A stretch of DNA of 64,000 bases from Squalus acanthias. Its lineage: Eukaryota. The DNA lies in assembly GCA_030390025.1 (NCBI GenBank), contig CM059438.1, positions 57,662,001 to 57,726,000 on the forward strand. The letters run 5' to 3'. A model generated the notes under the pieces. That model had not been told where the DNA came from. It made no database searches and saw only the letters and a program-made list of their open reading frames with translations. Shown here one piece after another: positions 39,451-51,870 of this stretch. Within the stretch, counting starts at the first letter, position 1; each line of letters opens with the position of its first letter. The position numbers and the translations under genes are program-made.

Positions 39451-42400
39451 ATGTCCACCAGCAAGCAAAAGTGTGCACCTCGCTTTGATGAGCCCTCCCT
39501 CCAAGCTCTGGTGCAGGAAGCAAGATCTAATAAGGAGGTGCTCTTCCCTTCCTCAATGAGAAAAAAGCCACCTGAGCAGACTAAAGCTGTGTGGCTGCAA
39601 GTGGCCGAGGAGGACAACTCCATATCAATGAGCCGCAGAACCTGGCTGCAATGCAGGAAGAGGTTTTATGACCTTCTCCGCACAGGAAAAGTGAGTATGA
39701 CTTTCTCACCCCCCTCAATCTCATCCCCATCGCCTCTCCTCACCAGCACTCTGCTTTGCCAACCTCTTCCTCCACATCCCACTTGACACTTACATCCCTA
39801 CACGCTTACTCATTGCCTCTCTCTCTATGGTCACATTCACTTAAGTATTCGACCATGTTGGGAACCTGAGCAGGGAGACAGAGGAAAGCATGTCAGGAAG
39901 GGACAGAAGGTATGGAGTAAAAGGTAAAGTGTTAAATAAGGAAAAAGCAGGAAGTAAGTGTCGCAAAACACATTTGAAAGTTCTTTATCTGAATGCACGT
40001 AGCATTCGTAACAAAATTGACGAGTTAACGGCACAAATAACTATGTATGGGTATGATCTAGTGGCCATTACAGAAACATGGCTGCAGGGTGACAACGTCT
40101 GGGAATTAAATATGCCAGGGTATTTAACAATCAGGAAGGACGGGCAGGAAGGAAGGGGAGGGGGGGTGGCTATGTTAATAAAGGAAGGAATTACTGTAAT
40201 ACAGAGAAATGATATTGGGTCAAAAGATCAGGATAATGAAACAGTTTGGGTAGAGATTAGGAATAATAAGGGGAAAAAAACACTGGTGGGCGTAGTATAT
40301 AGGCCTCCTAATAGTTGCAACTCTGTTGGAAGAAGTATTAATCAGGAAATAGTTGGGGCATGTAATAAGGGAACAGCTATAATTATGGGGGATTTTAACT
40401 ATCATATTAACTGGACAAATCAAATTGGGCAGGGCAGCCTTGAGGAAGAGTTTATTGAGTGTCTTAGGGATGGATTTCTTGAGCAGTATGTAACTGATCC
40501 TACAAGGGGGCAAGCAACCTTGGACCTGGTACTGTGTAATGAGTGTGGATTAATTAATAATGTCCTAGTTAAGGATCCCCTTGGAATGAGTGACCATAAC
40601 ATGGTTGAATTCCATATCCAATTAGAGGGTGAGAAGGTTGGTTCTAAAACAAGCATACTGAGCTTGAATAAAGGAGACTATGATGGCATGAGAGCAGAAT
40701 TGATTAAAGTGGACTGGGAAAATAGATTAAAGGGTAAGACGGTACATGAGCAGTGGTGTTCATTCAAGGAGTTATTTTACAACTTTCAAAATAAATATAT
40801 TCCACTGAGGAAAAAAGGGTGTAAAAGAAATGACGTCCATCCATGGCTAAGTAAAGAAATTAAAGAAAGTATCCAACTAAAAACAAGGACATATAAGGTA
40901 GCCAAAGTTAGTGGGAGGACAGAAGATTGGGAAGTCTTCAAAAGACAACAAAAAGTAACTAAAGGATTGATTAAGAAAGGGAAAATAGACTATGAAAATA
41001 AATTAGCAAAAAATATAAAAACAGATAGCAAGAGTTTCTATAGAAACATAGAAACTAGGAGCAGGAGTAGGCCATTCGGCCCGTCGAGCCTGCTCCACCA
41101 TTCAATACGATCATGGCTGATCATCTAAATCCAGCACCCTGTCCCTGCCCCCTCACACAGAATCCCCATCGAGCCTGCACCGACACATATCCCACCCTAT
41201 CCCCGTAACCCCACGTATTTAATTCCCCCTAACATATCCCATCCTATCCCCGTAACCCCACATATTTAATCCCCCCCTAACACTAAGGGTCAATTTATCA
41301 TAGCCAAATCAACCTAACCCGCACATTTTTGGACTGTGGGAGGAAACCGGAGCACCCGGAGGAAACCCACGCAGACACGGGGAGAATGTGCAATATAGTT
41401 ATATAAAAAGAAAAAGGGTGGTTAAGGCAAACGTAGGTCCCTTAGAGGATGAGACCGGGAAATTAATGGTGGGAAACATGGAGATGGCAAAAATGCTGAA
41501 CAAATATTTTGTTTCAGTCTTTACGGTAGAAGACACTAAGAATATCCCAACACTGGACAAACAGGGGGCTCTAGTGGGGGAGGAGCTAAATACGATTAAA
41601 ATTACTAAGGAATTGGTACTCAGTAAAATAATGGGACTCAAGGCGGATAAATCCCCTGGACCTGATGGCTTACATCCTAGGGTCTTGAGGGAAGTGGCAG
41701 TAGGAATTGTGGATGCTTTGGTAATAATTTTCCAAAACTCCCTGAACTCAGCAAAGGTCCCGGCAGATTGGAAAACTGCTAATGTAACACCCTTATTTAA
41801 AAAGGGTTGTAGGCAGAAGGCTGGAAATTATAGACCAGTTAGCCTAACATCTGTGGTGGGTAAAATTTTGGAGTCTATTATTAAGGAGACACTAATGGAA
41901 CATTTAGATAAACATAATTTAATAGGACAAAGTCAGCATGGCTTTATGAAGGGGAAGTCATGTCTGACAAATTTGCTTGAGTTCTTTGAGGACATAACGT
42001 ACAGGGTGGATAAAGGGGAACCAGTGGATGTAGTGTATTTAGACTTCCAGAAAGCATTCGACAAGGTGCCACATAAAAGATTATTACTCAAGATAAAAAA
42101 TCACTGGATTGGGGGTAATATTCTGGCATGGGTGGAGGATTGGTTATCTAACAGGAAGCAGAGAGTTGGGATAAATAGTTCATTCTCGGACTGGCAACCA
42201 GTAGCCAGTGGTGTTCCGCAGGGGTCGGTGCTGGGTCCCCAACTCTTTACAATCTATATTAACGATTTGGAGGAGGGGACCGAGTGTAACATATCAAAGT
42301 TTGCAGATGATACAAAGATGGGAGGGAAAGTAGAGAGTGAGGAGGACATAAAAAACCTACAGGGGGATATAGACAGGCTGGGTGAGTGGGCAGAGATTTG

Positions 42401-44852
42401 GCAGATGCAATACAATATTGGAAAATGTGAGGTTATGCACTTTGGCAGGAAAAATCAGAGAGCAAGTTATTATCTTAATGGCGAGAAACTGGAAAGTACT
42501 GCAGTACAAAGGGATCTGGGGGTCTTGGTGCAAGAAAATCAAAAAGTTAGTATGCAGGTGCAGCAGGTGATCAAGAAAGCCAATGGAATGTTGGCTTTTA
42601 TTGCTAGGGGGATAGAATATAAAAACAGGGAGGTATTGCTGCAGTTGTATAGGGTATTGGTGAGACCGCACCTGGAGTACTGCATACAGTTTTGGTGTCC
42701 ATACTTAAGAAAAGACATACTTGCTCTCGAGGCAGTACAAAGAAGGTTCACTCGGTTAATTCCGGGGATGAGGGGGTGGACATACGAGGAGAGGTTGAGT
42801 AGATTGGGACTCTACTCATTGGAGTTCAGAAGAATGAGAGGCGATCTTATTGAAACATATAAGATTGTGAAGGGGCTTGATCGGGTGGACGCGGTGAGGA
42901 TGTTCCCAATGATGGATGAAACTAGAACTAGGGGACATAATCTTAGAATAAGGGGCTCCTCTTTCAAAACTGAGATGAGGAGAAACTTTTTCACTCAGAG
43001 GGTAGTGGGTCTGTGGAATTTGCTACCCCAGGAAGCTGTGGAAGCTACTTCATTAAATAAATTTAAAACAGAAATAGACCGTTTCCTAGACGTAAAGGGA
43101 ATCAGGGGTTACGGGGAGCGGGCTGGAAATTGGACATGAGTTTGAGTTTGGATCGGTCAAGGCCCTGTGGGTGGCGGAGCGGGCCCAGGGGCCGAGTGGC
43201 CTGGTCCAGCTCCTGCTTCTTGTGTTCTTTAGAGTTGAGGTTGGATCAGATCAGCCATGATCTCATTGAATGGCGGAGCAGGCTCGAGGGGCCGATTGGT
43301 CTACTCCTGCTCCTATTTCTTATGTTCTTATGTAGCCCTCACACTCCCTATCACTGTGATGCAACAACAACAACAACTTACAACACACAGGGAGGGCCCT
43401 TTGTCTCCTTCTAAGCATCTATGCTATGGATTCTCTACACTCACTCCTTCATTCTCACTCAAACTCCACTTGGGTCCCTCATTGCAGGAAAAGAGAGCCC
43501 ACAATAAGAGGGAAAGAGCCATGACAGGAGGAGGGCCACCCTTAGTAGCCCAGCTCACCGCCTGGGAGGAGGTGACCCTGGAAATCGCCGGGATCGAGGA
43601 GGATTCCCAAGTGGGGGACGGACAGATGGGCACATCACAGCAAGCTGGTGACAGAATAGTTTGGCATCTCTCTCATTGACATTGCATGAGTCACTGATAA
43701 TGAATCTGATGCTCTAACAGATTGACTTATGATCATCTGCACTATTCAATGTTCATGTAACCTTGACCTCACATCTCTAACTCTTTCCTTTACTCCCCCA
43801 CAGGACCATCGAAAGCCCCCATCCGCACTGTCCAGGTGGAAGAGCCTGAGCTTCCAGACACCTCTGAGGGCGCAACGTCAGCAGAATTCAGCGCACCCAG
43901 CACTAGCGCAGACACTCACACCTCGGTGGGACCTTCGCGAGATAGAGTAGTGTTGGCACCTGGTGTATCACAGCTCACAATTGAGCATCAGCAGATGGTG
44001 GAGACAGGGACAGCTGTGGAGAGCCCTTGTCAGAGGTTGCATGACTCTCCTAGCTCTGCTCAGCTGCATGTGGACCCTGTGCCTCCGGGTCCATCCAGCA
44101 GGAGAGCGATGCTGGAACTCCAGGAACAGATGCAGGAGTCTCTGGCAGGTTTTGTCTCCAGGGTCGCTGCGAGTGCGGAGCGAATGGAGGAGTCCATCGC
44201 GAACATGAGCAGAGCCTTTGTGGAGGCATTGGCGCAAGAACGCATCACCATAGAAAGGATGGCAACCTCCGTGGAAAGGATGGCTATGGTAGAGGAGAGG
44301 ATAGCTACGGTCATGGAGGAGCTAAGTCGCCAGAGTGTTGAAAACATGGTCATTGTTCAGAATAGACTGGCATCTCTTGAGCAGCGATGGTCAGCTATTG
44401 AGCATAGAAACCAGACCTTCATGGAAGTCCTCTGGAGTAGGACTTCCAGTGCAGAAATGGGTCCTCATGGCCCCCCTGAAGTGCAGCAAGGTGCTGTCAA
44501 GCCACTTGCTAGCTCTGAAGTAGGCCTGACCCATGAGAGGGATGTTGGTGGCAGACAACAAGGAAGTGGGGGCTCCTCTCCAAGCACTCACACGACCATG
44601 CCACTGCAAAGCCCTCGGTCAGTGCCCCACCAGAGTCCTCACCCAACTGAGATGGGCGTCTCAACCCCTGCAGAGCCGCAGGAGCAGCAGACTGTTGCCG
44701 AGCCCTCACAGGTTCGCAACCCCAGAGGATGGCCGCCAAAGGCGTCGAGACAGGAGCAGCAAGAAAGTGAGCAAGGGGCCTCCACATCTGCTGAAGCCAC
44801 AGGGGAAGCACCACGTAGGAGCACGCGTAAGAGGAAGATAATACACAAGTAG
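39451..44852 (+). CDS. Harbinger Myb/SANT-like accessory protein, 3 exons (39451-39690, 43488-43647, 43804-44852), 482 aa, open frame
   Basis: GT-AG junctions with compatible phases (0 then 1); APRFDEPSLQALVQEA...VWLQVAEE...TWLQCRKRFYDL; basic C-terminus APRRSTRKRK. Confidence 0.75.
39843..43331 (+). mobile_element. Young CR1 LINE with complete ORF2 (APE+RT) interrupted only by a SINE
   Basis: ORFs 39890-41128 and 41388-43139 join in frame (KSFYSYIKRK) once the insert is removed; YLNARSIRNK, SDHNMV, FADDTK motifs. Confidence 0.95.
41044..41393 (-). mobile_element. HE1/V-SINE-like SINE, 5'-truncated, with CR1-type 3' tail
   Basis: TSD tatag; V-domain-like gcacattctccccgtgtctgcgtgggtttcctccgggtgctccggtttcctcccacagtcc; internal ~45-bp tandem duplication. 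Confidence 0.8.
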
Positions 44853-47431
44853 TCACATGGGTAGTCACTTGGGTGTTATGTTGTGTATATTTTTGAAATG
44901 CCATCAGTTGTTTGTTGTGATAAAAAATTCTGATGACAATCTGTTGAAGTTGTGGCCTGTGTCATTTCGCAAATGGGACTTCCACATTGAGGGCTTAGAG
45001 CGACTTGCAATTGCCAGTATGGTAGTCAGAGTGATAGGAATCCGCAGGTTCTTGTCCATTGTCGATGCTCTGGTAAGAAGGTGCGAGGCCAAAGTGTTTG
45101 ATTGTGCAGGCTAAGCAAATCTAGCCAACATGAGTGCGTCCCTTGCATCCCGGGCAGCAATGTGGTCGCGCTCTGGCGCCTTCTGGCCTGTGCAGTTTCA
45201 GATGGGTGAGCAGCAGCTTGGCGCTCCTGTTGTTGCTCCTGCTGTTGGTGCTGCTGTTGTTCAGGGTTCTGCTGCTGCCGCGGGTGGTCTTCGTCCGAGT
45301 GTGATGTCCAGGAGGAAAGGAAATAAATGGTTCCCATGCTTCTGCTATATACCTCAGTTGAGGAAGCACTCAGTCAAGGTGGGGAGAGAGGTTTCCCAGG
45401 AGGTCACACTGGAGATGGGTTTCAGGCTCCAAACATCCACAACAATGAGTAGGCCTGCTAAAAGTTCCCCCAGACCTGAGACAACAAAGTTCTGCCACCT
45501 GCAAATGATGATTGCTGAAAACTTCTTTTTAATGGTGGAGCTGCAGCTGTTACTAAGCAATCCACTTGTGAGGCCGCCAGGATTACCTGGCGTGTTCCAG
45601 AGGAGGCGTGTAGGATGGGGGAAATGTCTAAAAAGCAGAAAGGCCTCTCAAAATTGGATTATAGAGGCAATTAAGTGGCTGTCAAGGGCCTTAAGGGCCT
45701 ATCCCGCCTCTTGGAGGCGGGATGGAAACGGGGTCTGAAACCCCGATTCTGGGAAAATTGCTCGGAGGCAGGATGGAGGCGGGATCGGGCCCGCACGCCA
45801 TTTTTTGCGATTTTACCACCTCACACGCCTCCAATCCCGCCTCCTTGAGCCTGGCAAAATCGAGCCCACAGTCAGTCTGGTCTAGCAAAGTCAGTCAGGT
45901 TTAAAACAGCTACAAGTGTAAGAAAGGGACTCGCAATTACATAACACCTTATCATTTCTGTCAATAAACACTTCACATGAAATGAATTGCTTTCAATTGA
46001 GTGAGTGTCAAGAACAGTTTCCAAATTTATAAAGCGGGTGAGCGTTTAAACATTCTGTACGGACAATACTAATATGAGGTACAAAATCTGAAAAAACTCT
46101 TGTTGATTCCTTCTGCATAAAGATACAAATATCCCCAAAGGCTGGCTCTGCCAGAAAGTGTATCTGGATAGAACACGTCCTTGAATATCTTTACTGTGTT
46201 AGCAACATCTCGCACCGCTGCTGCCACCCCCCAAATCCCAACATTAGAATTAATTACCATGACTTACCAGAAGGTTTGGATTCTGCATTCCCATTAAATG
46301 GGAGGAGAGTCACACATCCTTTATTACTGTATCCAACTTTCTTTGTTACCATCTCAGGTAACCAATAACTTTTCCCTTCCTATTTCCATCAATTTTCTCC
46401 CCTTGTTGCGCAGTGGTTACAAAGCACTGGACACCACCTACTGCCCCGAATCACTGCTCCATTCCCAATATCTTTGACTTTGGGAGTGACTCAGACACTT
46501 GGGGGGAATTTTAAACGAAAGAAACAGGTGGGTTTATAGCGTGGGGGTATTTAATTGTTAAAAATGGGATTCCCGGCCAGATCCCGTCTCCATCCCGCCC
46601 ACTTCCGGTTTTAACAGAGGTTGGACGGGGGGCGGGCGACCAACCCACACCCAGGGGGCAGAACGTCAATTTAATATCATAATGTGGCTGGAAGCCTCTT
46701 TTTTAACCTCCATATTGTTTTCTACTGCATGTGGACGGGCTTCACACAATTCTTGAAAAGTGGCAGTTAAAGCAAGATGGGGACTGCTGGATCCAGGAGG
46801 TAAGTGGCTTTATACCTACCTCCTGGATCCACGGTCCCAACCAAACCCAGCCCCCACAATCGGAGATCGTGGGGGGAGTGGAAAGAGAGGACCGGGGATC
46901 GCCTTCCCAGGTCTCACCCACACGCCCAGGCCTTCCCCCGCAACGATGATGCTGAGGGCGGCCACGATCGTCTCTCTCCTGCCCCCCCCCCCCCCCCCCC
47001 CATCTCTGCCTGACCTCTCCCCAATCCTTTCCCGGCATGATCCCCGATCGCTGGCTGATCAACCATTCGATCCTTTTAATGGACCACGATCCTCTCTCCC
47101 CACCCATTCCATTGCCCAGCCCCGATCCCTGGTCCTCTCCACCTCCCCGCAGATCCATTTCCAGGCCCCTGGTCCTCTCTGTGCGGCCCACTCCAATCCA
47201 TTGCCTGGCCCCCGGTCCTCTCTTCCCCCCCAACCCCACCGGCCTATCGGGTTTACCGACCACATTGGAGCATACCAACAACCCCAACATGCCTTCCTCC
47301 AGAAAATTCCGGCCTTGGATTGGGATCAAAAAGTGGGTTCCTGATTTCTTTAATGTACTGGAATGAATAAATAGTTCGTCTCAGGAAAGGTACTGTAATA
47401 ATAGAGCAAACTGTGTTAGTGTTGTACTCAC

Positions 47432-47461
47432 TGCACTGAACTTGAATAACTCGGATACACC
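47432..47461 (-). CDS. Microexon A4 (30 nt), VYPSYSSSV(Q)
   Basis: tttcttcag|ggtgtatccgagttattcaagttcagtgca|gtgagta. Confidence 0.65.
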
Positions 47462-47933
47462 CTGAAGAAACAAAAACAACAAATCATTAACTGTGATGCT
47501 GGGATTTCTCACTTCATTTTTTAATTATTTTACTTCAAGATTTTCATAACAGTCAAAATATAATTTAAACTGTAGAGGCCAATAAAACAGAAAGAAAAAA
47601 CCCCACAACATAACAAGTTCCAAAGAGTGACCCTAGTCATGGTTACAGATAAATTAGCATTGAAACATCCTGGGTTCACATGAACTCGCTGCACCAAAAG
47701 CACACACACGAAAGGAAAACGCAAGAAACCTCGGGGGAGAAATTCCCCTCGAGGGCCATTTGGGGCATTAAGTCAAAAATGTTTGAAAAGTTAGCATCAG
47801 GCGCAAACTTTTACAAACTTTTGAGAAATTCCCATTTTTTGATCCAAGAAGGAAGTGGAGCGCTAAATCAAGCGCCTCACTTGCCTCTTGGAGCGCAAGA
47901 GGCGGGGAATGTCCCGATCCGGAGCGATGTGCT

Positions 47934-50809
47934 TGTGGAATAAATGAACTCCCCTTGTGGAATAAATAAACGTCTCATGACTCTACGGCTCACCCTAGCC
48001 TGGAAGCCACAGACGAGACCAAAGAGGAATTCTACTCCAGCCTCAAACAATCCCTGTCCCGAGTCCCAACGGGCGACAAGCTGATCCTCCTTGACGACTT
48101 TAACACCAGAGTTGGAAAGGACACAGACCTCTGGGGAGGTGTGATCGATAGAGAGGGGGTAGGGAAAGCAAAACTCCAGCGGTACCCTCCTCCTGACGAA
48201 ATGCTTAGATCATGGCTTTGTCATAACCAACACCCTGTTCTGTCAGAGAGACAAGTACAAGGCTTCATGGCAACACCATCGCTCCAAGCACTGGCATCTA
48301 CTGGACTACGTCATCGTCCGAGTGAGGGACCGCAAGGACGTCCGCATCACCCGCGCCATGACAGGAGCTGACGACTGCTGGACAGACCACTGCCTAATCC
48401 GCTCTGTCATCTCCATCAACGTTGCCCCAAAACAGCGGCGGCAACAGAAGCAATGCCGCAGGAAAATCAACGCTGGAGCACTCAAAGACCCTGCTAAGAA
48501 AGCCCTATTCAGCCTGCGCCTCACAACCAACCTGGCGACTCCCAGTGATTCAGAGACACAGAGTGTCCACAGCGCCTGGTCTGCACTCAAGGCCTCCATA
48601 ATCAGCACCTGTGAAGAGACGCTCGGTCACTCGACCGGGAAACACCAAGACTGGTTCGACGAGAACGACCAGGAGATCCAGGAGCTAATAAGCTGCAAAT
48701 GCAAGGCATTTCTGATCTGGAAACAGCAATCGAACTCGAGAGCGAGAAAGCAGCTCTACAGACGCCTGAAGGCTGAGGTCCAACAAAAAACTCGCGACCT
48801 AAAGAACAGATGGTGGGTGGAGAAAGCGCAGGAGATCCAGCAGCTAGCCGACAACCACGGCGTGCGTGGATTCTTTAGCGCAGTCAAGACCACCTACGGC
48901 CCAAGCACCCAAGGTCCTACCCCACTGCGGGCCAAGAATGGAGAGGTATTCCTTAAGGACAGAGAGGCAGTCAGTGCCCGCTGGAAGGAGCACTTCGAAG
49001 ATCTCCTTAACCGAGACTCTGTCTTCGACGTGACTGTCCTCAACTCCATCCCGCAGCATGCTACCCGCCACCACCTCAGCACAACCCCAGCCCGGCATGA
49101 GGTTGAAAAGGCCATCCGACAACTGAAGAACAACAAGGCCTCAGGAGCAGATGGAATCCCCGCCGAGATGCTAAAACATGGCGAAGAAGCACTATTGGCG
49201 CGAATACATGAACTCATTTCTCTTATTTGGAAGGAGGAGAGAATGCCAGGGAATCTCAGAGATGCCGTAATCGTGACCATCTTCAAGAAAGGTGACAAGT
49301 CCGATTGCGGTAATTACAGAGGAGTCTCCCTGCTGTCTGCCACAGGGAAAGTCATCGCAAGAATCCTCCTCAATCGCCTTCTCCCAGTGGCTGAAGAGCT
49401 CCTCCCAGAGTCACAATGTGGATTCTGCCCACTAAGGTGCACAATGGACATGATCTTCACCGCGCGTCAACTACCTACATGGCCTTCTTTGAACTCACAA
49501 AGGCCTTCGACACTGTCAACCATGAGGGATTATGGAGTGTCCTCCTCAAATTCGGCTGCCCTCAAAAGTTTGTCACCATCCTCCTCCTGCTTCACGACGA
49601 CATGCAAGCCGTGATCCTGACCAACGGAGCCACCAATTCACATAAGGACCGGGGTCAAGTAAGGCTGTGTCATCGCACCAACGCTCTTCTCGATCTTCCT
49701 GGCTGCAATGCTCCATCTCACCCTCTACAGAACAAATGGGAAACTGTTCAACCTCCATCGCCTCCAGTCCAGATCCAAGGTCGTCCCATCCTCTGTCATT
49801 GAATTACAGTATGCAGAAGACGCTTGCGTCTGCGCACACTCTGAGGTCGAACTCCAAACCATCATCAACACCTTAGCGAAGCGTACGAGAGCATGGGCCT
49901 TACACTAAACATCCGTAAGACAAAGGTTCCCTACCAACCTGCCCCCGCCACACAGTACTGCCCACCGATTATCAAAATCCATGATGAGGCCTGAGACAAC
50001 GTGAACCACTTTCCATACCTCGGGAGCTTACTGTCAACAAGGGTAGACGTCGATGACGAAGTCCAACACCGCCTACAGTGTGTCTGTGCAGCCTTTGGTT
50101 GCCTGAGGAAGAGAGTGTTTGAAGACCAGGACCTCAAACCCAGCACCAAGCTCATGGTCTACAGAGCAGTAGTGATACCCGCCCTCCTGTATGCTTCAGA
50201 GACATGGACCATGCACAGCAAGCACCTCAAAGCACTGGAGAGGTACCACCAACGCTGCCTCCACAAGATCCTGCAAATCCATTGGCAGGATAGGAGCACC
50301 AACGTCAGTGTTCTCGCTCAGGCCAACATCCCCAGCATCGAAGCTTTGACCACGCTCGATCAGCTCTGATGGACAGGTCACATTGTCCGCATGCCCGATA
50401 CGAGACTCCCAAAACAAGTGCTCTACTCGGAGCTCCGACAGGGCAAGAGAGCCCCAGGTGGGCAGAGAAAACGCTTCAAAGAAACCCTCAAAGCCTCCTT
50501 GAAAAAGTGCAACGTTCCCATCGACACCTGGGAATCCCTGGCCCAAGACTGCACAAAGAGAAGGAGAAACATCCGGGAAGGTGCCGAACACCTCGAGTGT
50601 CTTCGCTGGGAGCAAGCGGAAGCCAAGCGCAAACAGTGGAAGAAGCGCACGTCAACCCAAGCACCACACCCACCCGCCCCTTCAACCACTGTCTGCCTGA
50701 CCTGTGTCAGAGACTGAAGGTCCCGCATTGGATTCATCAGTTGCCTGAGAACTCATTTTTAGTGTGGAAGCAAGTCATCCTCGGTTCTGAGGGACTGCCT
50801 AAGAAGAAG
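47934..50809 (+). mobile_element. RTE-clade LINE (BovB-like), 5'-truncated, inside MITE2
   Basis: WQHHRSKHWHLLDYVIVR, CWTDHCL, KHQDWFDEND, CGNYRGVSLLS, LQYAED, FPYLGS; 3' tail gagggactgcctaagaagaag. Confidence 0.92.
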
Positions 50810-51840
50810 CGCCATGAGTGGCCACACATGGCGCTGCCGCTTTGCAGGAGCACCTCCCTCAATTAAAGGGAAGGGATCCCCGCTGCGAGCTCTGCATTTT
50901 TTTGGGCATCTGCTGGAGCATCGGGCTGCGCGAGTGCTGCACGATCAGCCCGGCACTCAAGCTGAGTGCCGGGCTGACTGATCGAGGCACTCAGCCTGCG
51001 TCCGGTGCACTGATTTTTTTTTATCAATCAGTGATTTTTTTCATGTCGGCAGGCCACCGAGCCTTTAAATGGTGCCCCGCGAGTGTTCGCAACCCCTGTG
51101 TCAGTAATATCGCTCGGCGCTGCTGCTGCTGCGGGGCGCGAGGAGGAATTTTTCTCCCGAGGCGCTACCAGAGCGCTGCGCCAGGAGATGACGTCATGAT
51201 CTCCGGGCGCAGACAAATGGGGCGGTACCCAGTACCGCCGCAGCTAATAATTCCGCGAGAGGCAAGGTTATCGCCTCGGTGGGGGTGGGGGGGGGGAAAC
51301 CTAGTTGCGCCCCGTTAGCTCCTCCCACCGGAGGGACAAATGAGGGGATTTTCGCCCCCCTACTCTCCCACTTGATCCTAAAAAAAACATTTTCTGAATT
51401 TCTTTTTATTTTCCATCCCTCCCATGGTCCTCTCCATCTCCCCCCAGATCCATTGCCAGGCCCCAGGTCCTCTCTTCCCCCCCACTCCCTCGATCCATTG
51501 CCAGGTCCAGCCCTCACTCGAAGCCTTCCTTTTAGCCCTGTGCGGCCGCAGGCCTACCCCCTTGTAGCCAGCCAGCCTGCCTCTCAATCTGGCTGGCTGC
51601 GGGCGGGAAACCGAGGCCTCACATGCAAATCGGCAGGACCTGCGGGAACCCTGGCTTCCCGGGATTACTGACCACATTGGAGCACCCAACCACCCCCAAC
51701 ACGCCTTCCTCCAGAAAATTCCGGACTTGATTGGAATCAAAAAGTGGTTTCCTGATTTCTTAAATGTACTGGAATGAATAAATAGTTTGTCTCAGGAAAG
51801 GTACTGTAATAATAGAGCAAACTGTGTGTGTTGTACTCAC

Positions 51841-51870
51841 TGCACTGGACTTGAAGAACTCGGATACACC
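51841..51870 (-). CDS. Microexon A5 (30 nt), VYPSSSSPV(Q)
   Basis: ggttcttcag|ggtgtatccgagttcttcaagtccagtgca|gtgagta. Confidence 0.7.

Larger units (their letters stand above)
39171..45867 (+). mobile_element. Harbinger with intact Myb gene, deleted transposase core and a CR1 in intron 1
   Basis: TIRs ggctcgattttgcca / tggcaaaatcgagcc, TSD aca. Confidence 0.92.
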
